Assembly: GCF_003010495.1 (NCBI RefSeq)
Contig: NZ_CP027570.1
Location: 2,280,001-2,312,000 of the forward strand
Reading direction: 5' to 3'
DNA length: 32,000 nucleotides
From: Megasphaera elsdenii DSM 20460
Lineage (GTDB): Bacteria; Bacillota; Negativicutes; Veillonellales; Megasphaeraceae
The notes beneath the pieces were generated by a model. That model did not search any database. It saw only the letters and a program-made list of their open reading frames with translations, and was not told where the DNA came from. Positions 25,571-32,000 of this stretch are shown here, in pieces. Within the stretch, counting starts at the first letter, position 1. Each line of letters opens with the position of its first letter. A program made the position numbers and the translations under genes.

Positions 25571-26248
25571 TTACTGCACGGCACGTTTCCGGCTCATCCA
25601 CAGGCCGATAGCGATGACAGCGACAGCCAAGAGGATTTGAAGGCTTATGGGAGCCCAGGAACCGGCCATTTGCTGCAGCAGGGTCCCTAAAATTTTATCG
25701 TGGCCAATCATGGAACCGGCTGTCCATCCCAACAGTCCGGCGCCGGCATAGAGGATAACCGGGAAGCGATCCATGAGCTTGCCGATGACCGTACTGCCGC
25801 CGACGATGATAGGGATGCTAATGAGGAAGCCGCAGGCAACGAGGAGGAAGCTGCCATGCGAAGCCCCGGCGATGGCCAGGACGTTATCGACGCCCATAGC
25901 GGCATCGGCGATGATGATGGTCTTGATGGCCCCCATGAGGCTGTCCGAAGCCGTTACGTTTTCCTCCTGTTCTGCCGGGACGAGCAATTTCACGGCAATG
26001 GGCAGCAGGATGAGGCCGCCTAAGGCCTGTAAAAAGGGAATCGTCAGCAGCCAGACAGCGATGAGTGTCATGACCAGGCGGATAACGACGGCCCCGCCGG
26101 TCCCGATGAGGATGGCTTTCCGGCGCAGATTAGCCGGCAGCTTATTGGCCGCCATGGCGATGACGACGGCATTATCGCCGCCGAGGAGGATGTCCAATAA
26201 AATGATAGAGCCTAAGGCCATGAAGAATTGCATCGATACGATTTCCAT
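25571..26248 (-). CDS. TerC-family integral membrane protein
   Basis: DILLGGDNAVVIAMAA and a second ADAAMGVDNVLAIAG repeat, typical of TerC/YkoY/Alx. I set the start to the ATG at 26248, which follows AGAAAGAGG. Confidence 0.85.
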   Translation of the reverse strand: MEIVSMQFFMALGSIILLDILLGGDNAVVIAMAANKLPANLRRKAILIGTGGAVVIRLVMTLIAVWLLTIPFLQALGGLILLPIAVKLLVPAEQEENVTASDSLMGAIKTIIIADAAMGVDNVLAIAGASHGSFLLVACGFLISIPIIVGGSTVIGKLMDRFPVILYAGAGLLGWTAGSMIGHDKILGTLLQQMAGSWAPISLQILLAVAVIAIGLWMSRKRAVQ

Positions 26249-26277
26249 AATATACCTCTTTCTGTAAAAATGACGGT

Positions 26278-26432
26278 AAAAACAAAAGAGACTTCCGCAT
26301 GGTATCAGCAAAACTGGTATCATGCGAAAGTCTCACCTATTGCAAATTGCAACGCTGCCACCAGCCGGTCGATGACGGCACGATGTTGATGGCAACTCAC
26401 GAGAAGGTTACTCCCCTTCGCGATTCAATTGT
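26278..26432 (-). promoter_or_regulatory. yybP-ykoY (Mn2+) riboswitch with a terminator expression platform
   Basis: The minus strand reads ...CGCGAAGGGGAGTAACC...GTTGCAATTTGCAATAGGTGAGAC..., matching the conserved GGGGAGUAG 5' box and the ...GAGAC 3' box. A long hairpin, GAGACTTTCGCATGATACC/GATACCATGCGGAAGTCTC, plus TTTTGTTTTT follows. The TerC gene lies immediately downstream. Confidence 0.7.
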
Positions 26433-26524
26433 AGGTTAAGTATAACAGGCCGGAACCCATCTTGTCAATATCGTTTCTTACCGTTCCATGTTATAATAAA
26501 AGCAAAAAAACAGGAGGTATCATC

Positions 26525-27394
26525 ATGAGTACACAACGTATCGGATTCATCGGGACCGGCGTCATGGGCAGCGGCATGATCCGCAATTTACAGAAAGCGG
26601 GGTATCCCGTCAACATCACGACGCGGACGAAAGCCAAGGCAGAAGAACTCATCCAAGAAGGCTGTCACTGGTTCGATTCGCAGGCAGAACTGGCTGCCCA
26701 ATCGGACGTCGTCATTTCCATGGTCGGCTATCCCCAAGACGTGGAATCCGTCTATTTCGGGGAACACGGCGTCTTTCGCGGTAAACAAGGCGGTTTTGTC
26801 ATCGACATGACCACGTCCAGTCCCTCCCTGGCCAAGAAAATCTATGCTCAGGCCCAAAAACAGGGCATCCAGGCCTTGGATGCTCCCGTTTCCGGCGGCG
26901 ACATCGGCGCCCGTCAAGGGACGCTGGCCATCATGGCCGGCGGCGACGAAGCGGCCTTTGAAGGCATGAAACCTATTTTTTCGGCCATGGGCCAGACCCT
27001 GACCTATTTTGGCCCGGCCGGCAGCGGCCAGTATGCCAAGATGAGCAACCAAATCGCCATCGCCTCGAACATGATGGGCGTCTGCGAAGCCATGGCCTAT
27101 GCGAAAAAAAGCGGCCTCGACCCGGAAAAAGTCATCGCCACCTTATCGGCCGGAGCTGCCGGCTCCTGGTCCCTGGCCAACCTGGCGCCACGTATGCTGA
27201 AAGGCGACACCAAGCCGGGCTTTTACATCAAGCATTTCCTCAAGGACATGCGCATCGCCATCGAATCGGCCGAAGAAATGGGACTGGACCTGCCAGGCCT
27301 CTGCTTAGCCAAAAAACTCTACGACCAGCTGGCCGCCCAGGGCATGGAAAACTGCGGGACCCAGGCCTTGTTCCAGTGGTATGACAGACAATAA
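26525..27394 (+). CDS. NAD(P)-dependent beta-hydroxyacid dehydrogenase (HIBADH / GarR family)
   Basis: IGFIGTGVMGSGM Rossmann motif, plus DAPVSGG and a conserved mid-domain. ATG at 26525 after CAGGAGG. Confidence 0.8.
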   Translation: MSTQRIGFIGTGVMGSGMIRNLQKAGYPVNITTRTKAKAEELIQEGCHWFDSQAELAAQSDVVISMVGYPQDVESVYFGEHGVFRGKQGGFVIDMTTSSPSLAKKIYAQAQKQGIQALDAPVSGGDIGARQGTLAIMAGGDEAAFEGMKPIFSAMGQTLTYFGPAGSGQYAKMSNQIAIASNMMGVCEAMAYAKKSGLDPEKVIATLSAGAAGSWSLANLAPRMLKGDTKPGFYIKHFLKDMRIAIESAEEMGLDLPGLCLAKKLYDQLAAQGMENCGTQALFQWYDRQ

Positions 27395-27406
27395 GGAGTC
27401 CTGACC

Positions 27407-28276
27407 ATGGACATCCATGCTATCCGCTGCTTTCAGCGGGTCTTTGAAAAAGAGAGCATCCACCAGGCGGCCAAGGACTTGTGCCTGACGCCGCAGGGCG
27501 TGAGCCGGGTCATCACTGCCTTGGAAGGGGAAATGCAGACGCCTCTCTTTGTCCGCAGCCGCAAAGGCATGGAAGCGACGCCGGAGGGACAGTATTTTTA
27601 CGAGCACACCCAGGAACTGACACGACAGCTCCTGGACCTGCAGCTGGGGATGCAGGCGTTGAAGCGGAAAAAAGCAGGCCTGCACATCGGCTTCTCCTGC
27701 GGCGTACTGAATATCCTTTCCATCCATGTCTTGAAAGATGTCATGGCCCGCCATCCGGACAAGTCCCTGGAATGGGTCGAAGATTTCAACGAAAAGATTG
27801 TCCAGCTCATCGCCGAAGATAGCCTGTCCTGCGGCTTCTGTATCGGCCCGATCCGGTCAGACGCCTTTTTCCAAGAGGAAATCTATCGCACCGGCATTGA
27901 AGCCGTCATCTATGAGGGTCACCCTTTTTACGACCGGCCGTCCATCACTATTGAAGACCTGAAAGGGCAGCCCCTCGTCGGCCTGAACGAGCATTTTTCT
28001 TTATTCCATAGTCTGGTCAGGCGCTGTGCCGATTTCGGCTTTACGCCGCAGTTCGTCGTCAAGACCATGGAGAGCCGCCTCATCTATCATTTCTGTCAGG
28101 AACGCGTCGGCATCGGCATCGACGTGAACATCCATGCCGCCCCGCCGCCGCTCCGTTACGTCCCCATTACCGAAGGGACGCCGTGGCGCATCTTCTTTGT
28201 CTGTAAAAAAGAAAAGCGCGGCGACTCCTTATTCCAGGAAATTATCGCGGCCCTGACCTCGCGTCACCACCCATAG
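27407..28276 (+). CDS. LysR-family transcriptional regulator
   Basis: N-terminal HTH FQRVFEKESIHQAAKDLCLTPQGVSRVITALE...LF.R. The 289-aa length is typical. Confidence 0.85.
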   Translation: MDIHAIRCFQRVFEKESIHQAAKDLCLTPQGVSRVITALEGEMQTPLFVRSRKGMEATPEGQYFYEHTQELTRQLLDLQLGMQALKRKKAGLHIGFSCGVLNILSIHVLKDVMARHPDKSLEWVEDFNEKIVQLIAEDSLSCGFCIGPIRSDAFFQEEIYRTGIEAVIYEGHPFYDRPSITIEDLKGQPLVGLNEHFSLFHSLVRRCADFGFTPQFVVKTMESRLIYHFCQERVGIGIDVNIHAAPPPLRYVPITEGTPWRIFFVCKKEKRGDSLFQEIIAALTSRHHP

Positions 28277-28293
28277 CAACAAATTGTTGACAC

Positions 28294-28331
28294 CTGCTGT
28301 CGTTCCTTTGATGGACGGCAGTACTTTTTTT
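28294..28331 (+). terminator. Intrinsic terminator after the LysR gene
   Basis: Stem CTGCTGTC / GACGGCAG (one G-U pair) with a 12-nt loop, followed by T7 at 28325-28331. Confidence 0.5.
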
Positions 28332-28389
28332 ATGGTACCGTAGAGGAGAAATACAGAAACGCTATTACGCTGATTACAGGAGGTTCCTC

Positions 28390-30336
28390 ATGACTCGAAA
28401 ATTCCCGCACGTATCCAGCCCCATCACCATTGGCCGCACGACCTTCCGCAACCGTATCTTTTCGGCCCCCATGGGCGGTACGGATATTACCAACGACGGC
28501 TGTATCGGTCCGAAATCGACGGCCTTTTACGAACTGCGCGCCAAAGGCGGTGCCGCAGCCGTCACCGTTTCCGAATTGATGGTCCATTCCCAGACCGATG
28601 GTTCCCACGCCTACCACCTGGATGAATCGATTCTCAATTCCCTAGCCGCAGCGACTTACACAGCCGATGCCATCCGCCGTCACGGCGCTATCCCCTCGTT
28701 GGAGTTATCCCATTCCGGCCAATTCGCCGGGACCTATATGACTGACAAAAGCCGTCAACACGGGCTCTGCCAGTGGGGTCCCAGTGAAGGGATGCGCCCC
28801 GATGGCGTCCCGGTCAAAGCCCTGACCCAGGAACAGATCGATGATATCGTAAAAGCCTATGGTCACGCCGCCGGCCTGGCCAAACGCGCTGGTTTTGAAA
28901 TGGTCATGATCCACGGCGGTCACGGCTGGCTCATCAACCAGTTCCTCTCGCCCTTGTTCAACCACCGCAGCGACTCCTACGGCGGCTCCCTGGAAAACCG
29001 CGTCCGCTTCGCCATCGAAGTCCTGCAATCGGTCCGCGCCGCTGTCGGTCCCTTTTTCCCCATCGAATTCCGCATGAGTGGCGCCGAATTCACCGAAGGT
29101 GGCTACGACTTGGAAGAAGGCATCCAGATTGCCCAAGCCATCGAAGCGTACGCCGATATCATCCATGTATCGGCCGGTACGTATCAGAAAACCTTTGGCA
29201 TCACTCACCCTTCGATGTTTGAAGCCCACGGCCGTAACGTCTATCTGGCTGCCGCCATCAAAAAACACGTCAGCAAGCCCGTAGCTACTATCGGCGGCTT
29301 GACCGACCCAGCCATGATGGAAGACATCATCGCTTCGGGAAAAGCCGACATCGTCTACATGGCCCGGCAGCTGCTGGCCGATCCCGAAACGCCGCAGAAA
29401 ATCATGGAAGGCCGGGACGCAGACATCGTCCACTGCCTGCGCTGTTTCACCTGCATGGCTGAACGGGCGTCGACTGCCACGCGCCGCTGTACGGTCAACC
29501 CGCTCATTGGCCGGGAACTGGACGGGACGGAAATCCAGCCGGCACCGGTCAAAAAGAAAGTCCTTGTCGCCGGCGCCGGCCCGGGCGGCTTGTATGCAGC
29601 CTATACGGCAGCCCGCCGCGGCCATCAGGTCATCCTCTGTGAAAAAGAAAGCGAAGTCGGCGGCATCTTGAAGAGCGAACAGGCCATCCCCTTCAAACGG
29701 GAAATGTACGAACTGGGAAAGACCTATGAACGGCTGGCCCGCCAAGCCGGTGTCGAAATCCGCCTGAATACAGAAGTAACGCCGGCTTACGCAGCTAAAG
29801 AAAAACCGCAGGCCTTGATCATCGCCGCCGGGTCCCGCCCCCTCGTCCCGCCCATCAAAGGCCTGGACGGCGACAACGTCATCATCGTGAACCAATACTA
29901 TAAAGAAAAGGCCAAAGTCGGGAATCACGTCATCGTCTTCGGCGGCGGCCTGGCAGGCTGCGAATGTGCCATCCACCTCGGCCAGGAAGGCAAAGAAGTC
30001 GAGCTCATCGAAATACGTCCGACTCTGGCACCGGATGCCAATATCCGCCATCGTCCCCTGCTCCTGGCTCAAATCGAAAAGTACGTCCACGTCCACACGT
30101 CGTATAAAGGCCTCGCAGTCACGCCGGAAGGCGTCCTCTGTGAAGATCCGCAGGGTCAGCGCGTCCTCGTCCCTGGCGATACGGTCATCTGTGCCTTAGG
30201 CCAGCGGTCCCGCACCGACGTCGTAGAAGCCTTGCAAGACAGTGCGCCCTTCGTCCGCGTCATCGGCGATGCCGCCAAAGTATCGACCATCACCAATGCC
30301 GTCTACTGGGGGTACTGGGCTGCCCTCGATATCTGA
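28390..30336 (+). CDS. Two-domain flavoenzyme: OYE-like FMN domain plus FAD/NAD(P)-binding domain (2-enoate / 2,4-dienoyl-CoA reductase family)
   Basis: HGGHGWLINQFLSPLFNHRSDSYGGS, a Cys cluster (CLRCFTCM...C) and VAGAGPGGLYAA plus VFGGGLAGCE dinucleotide folds. AGGAGG RBS. Confidence 0.85.
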   Translation: MTRKFPHVSSPITIGRTTFRNRIFSAPMGGTDITNDGCIGPKSTAFYELRAKGGAAAVTVSELMVHSQTDGSHAYHLDESILNSLAAATYTADAIRRHGAIPSLELSHSGQFAGTYMTDKSRQHGLCQWGPSEGMRPDGVPVKALTQEQIDDIVKAYGHAAGLAKRAGFEMVMIHGGHGWLINQFLSPLFNHRSDSYGGSLENRVRFAIEVLQSVRAAVGPFFPIEFRMSGAEFTEGGYDLEEGIQIAQAIEAYADIIHVSAGTYQKTFGITHPSMFEAHGRNVYLAAAIKKHVSKPVATIGGLTDPAMMEDIIASGKADIVYMARQLLADPETPQKIMEGRDADIVHCLRCFTCMAERASTATRRCTVNPLIGRELDGTEIQPAPVKKKVLVAGAGPGGLYAAYTAARRGHQVILCEKESEVGGILKSEQAIPFKREMYELGKTYERLARQAGVEIRLNTEVTPAYAAKEKPQALIIAAGSRPLVPPIKGLDGDNVIIVNQYYKEKAKVGNHVIVFGGGLAGCECAIHLGQEGKEVELIEIRPTLAPDANIRHRPLLLAQIEKYVHVHTSYKGLAVTPEGVLCEDPQGQRVLVPGDTVICALGQRSRTDVVEALQDSAPFVRVIGDAAKVSTITNAVYWGYWAALDI

Positions 30337-30342
30337 TTCGGG

Positions 30343-31152
30343 TCAGTCCTCATACCAGCCGAACAGGGTTTTCCCCGTTTCTAACTGCTGAATCCGGGCC
30401 ATGTCGTCTCGATTCAGGGTGACGTCAAAAATAGCGAGATTCTCAATCATCCGCTCCCGATGGGATGATTTCGGGATGACGCCGATGCCCTGCTGAACCA
30501 GGTACTGCAAAGCAATCTGTGCGGCCGTCTTGCCGTATTTCTCGCCGACAGCCTGTAAAATAGGCTCCTGGAATATCGGCTTTTTCCCTTCTGTAAAAGG
30601 GCTCCATGCCTGCATTTGTGTCCCCTGCGCCACAAGTGTTTGTTGGAGCTCTTTTCGTCTGTAATAGACGTGACACTCGACTTGATTGACAGCGGGGATG
30701 ATATCACAACTTCCGATAAAATCAAGATATTCCCGAGCATTGAAATTAGAAATGCCAATGGCCCGGACCCGTCCCTGGCGGTAGGCTTCGGTCAAGGCTC
30801 GATACATGTCTAAAGCCTCGTCATAAGGCTCGTGGATGAGCAGCAAATCGATATAGTCAGTCTGCAACCGGGCCAGCGATTCTTCAATGCCCTGCCAGGC
30901 CAGTTCATAGCCGGCCCGGGTCTGACAGAGCTTCGTCGTAATGAAGATATCCTCCCGGCGCAGACCGCTCTCGGCCACGGCCTGGCCGACCATGGCTTCG
31001 TTATCGTACATGTGGGCCGTATCGATGAGGCGGTAGCCCACAGCCAAAGCATCGAGGACCGCCCGCTTCCCCGCCTCGCCCTTCAACATCCACGTACCAA
31101 AGCCGACAATCGGCATGGTCAGGCCATTATTCAAAATGATATGCTTATGCAT
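30343..31152 (-). CDS. Aldo/keto reductase
   Basis: 269 aa with the motifs GFGTW, IDTAHMYDNE, LLIHEP and IPKS. Confidence 0.85.
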   Translation of the reverse strand: MHKHIILNNGLTMPIVGFGTWMLKGEAGKRAVLDALAVGYRLIDTAHMYDNEAMVGQAVAESGLRREDIFITTKLCQTRAGYELAWQGIEESLARLQTDYIDLLLIHEPYDEALDMYRALTEAYRQGRVRAIGISNFNAREYLDFIGSCDIIPAVNQVECHVYYRRKELQQTLVAQGTQMQAWSPFTEGKKPIFQEPILQAVGEKYGKTAAQIALQYLVQQGIGVIPKSSHRERMIENLAIFDVTLNRDDMARIQQLETGKTLFGWYED

Positions 31153-31183
31153 ACTACGCCTCCATTCATCTTACAAAATCGAC

Positions 31184-31226
31184 TAAAAAAAGGAACTGCG
31201 CATGATACACACTTCATGCTACAGTC
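31184..31226 (-). terminator. Intrinsic terminator (minus strand)
   Basis: Imperfect 14-bp stem GGACTGTAGCATGA / TCATGCGCAGTTCC, followed on the minus strand by T7 (31184-31190 on the + strand). Confidence 0.5.
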
Positions 31227-31405
31227 CCTGTCTTACTTGGCCTAGTTCAAGCCGCCGGATGATAATTAACAACAGCAATGTCCGTCATAGAATTGCAATT
31301 TGAACTATATACTCAAATATACGATACCATGTTGCTTGGCAAAAATCAACATTTCAAAATTATATGCTTATGCATGATAGATGTAGGAAATTTGAGTTTT
31401 ATCTT

Positions 31406-32000
31406 TTACAAGGAACCATTATTAAGCATCCACGTTTCAAACCGGCAAATACTCGGGTTTTGATTGATGAAATCATTGAGTTCCTCATCGATAATACGGA
31501 TTCCCTTGCGACGAGGTTCACTAGTAAATCGATTCGTGACTTCATAACAGATCCGTGGCGGTGGTGGTGTTTTCAGCGTGTAAAAGACGAGATCCGAATT
31601 ATTACGAATGGCATCTGAAACAACGGACATAGGTGCTACAGCCCATCTATCGGGAATCATCAAATATCGCTGCAACATGGAGCCCGTATTGACCGTTAAG
31701 AGCGGCAGTTCATCAGGATTCCAGTGAGAATGGTGCCATTGCAGGAAATCATTCCCCCAAATCAGCATAATTTGTTGACGGACATCTAAATCTTCACAGG
31801 CAACCTCGTCACCATAGATACTATCCTTATGGCAGATAAGATACATCAGTTCACGATAAATCAGTTTGATAACAATATCTGGATAAGACATCCTGCTAAA
31901 GACAAAACCAATATCAGCATCCAAGCTCTCAAAGGTGTCTGTATTTGATACAATCGAACGATAGCAGGGATTTTGAACACCCCCGTGTGCATAGGCAGGT
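31406..32000 (-). CDS. Hypothetical protein, N-terminus outside the window
   Basis: The minus-strand frame stays open from the ORF-track TTG at 31924 to the window edge. The segment is visibly AT-richer than its neighbours. I recognise no motif. Confidence 0.55.
   Translation of the reverse strand, partial: PAYAHGGVQNPCYRSIVSNTDTFESLDADIGFVFSRMSYPDIVIKLIYRELMYLICHKDSIYGDEVACEDLDVRQQIMLIWGNDFLQWHHSHWNPDELPLLTVNTGSMLQRYLMIPDRWAVAPMSVVSDAIRNNSDLVFYTLKTPPPPRICYEVTNRFTSEPRRKGIRIIDEELNDFINQNPSICRFETWMLNNGSL

Noticed and set aside
28705-30096. 463-aa minus-strand ORF covering most of the enoate-reductase-type gene
   Set aside because: It is antisense to a gene with clear OYE and dinucleotide-binding motifs. 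The translation is Asp/Gly/Ala/Phe-rich nonsense typical of shadow ORFs in GC-rich coding DNA, and it has no RBS.

Overview
This is a chromosomal segment, mostly about 55% GC by eye. It has Firmicute-style AGGAGG ribosome-binding sites and intrinsic terminators, and it also carries an AcrB-type RND pump. I guess a diderm Firmicute (Negativicutes, Megasphaera-like), but I cannot verify that. Most of the window is ordinary metabolism and transport:
- an MFS pump tail, a Cys/Met PLP enzyme, and SDR and HD hydrolase genes
- a nitrilase and a pabA-pabB-pabC operon
- a MocR regulator followed by an OYE flavoreductase and a YfcE-like phosphoesterase, divergent from a LysE exporter
- a thiaminase-I-like secreted protein
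- a TerC gene behind a yybP-ykoY (Mn2+) riboswitch
- a HIBADH-type dehydrogenase, a LysR regulator, an enoate-reductase-type flavoenzyme and an aldo/keto reductase

The accessory part lies at about 4.1-12.2 kb. It holds a tyrosine integrase and an unannotated 26-aa holin-like type I toxin ORF with a convergent candidate sRNA. It also holds a translationally coupled two-gene cassette: a 1773-aa protein whose only recognisable enzymatic module is a C-terminal Walker A/B P-loop NTPase, followed by a 346-aa protein ending in a HEPN-type R-N-x-x-x-H motif. I consider this cassette the best candidate for an undescribed conflict/defence system.

Other points:
- Phased 7-nt repeat arrays (TAGTGGY-type and TTTGWWG-type) recur in at least four intergenic regions. 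One is a perfect 13-copy CTAGTGG array that contains the stop codon of the MocR gene.
- The RND efflux operon is broken by an internal deletion that fuses half of the adaptor gene to a 5'-truncated permease gene.
- A terminator hairpin sits in the pabABC leader.
- The last ~0.8 kb is an AT-rich segment with an unknown partial ORF.

All functional calls rest on motifs read by eye from the translations. No database search was possible.
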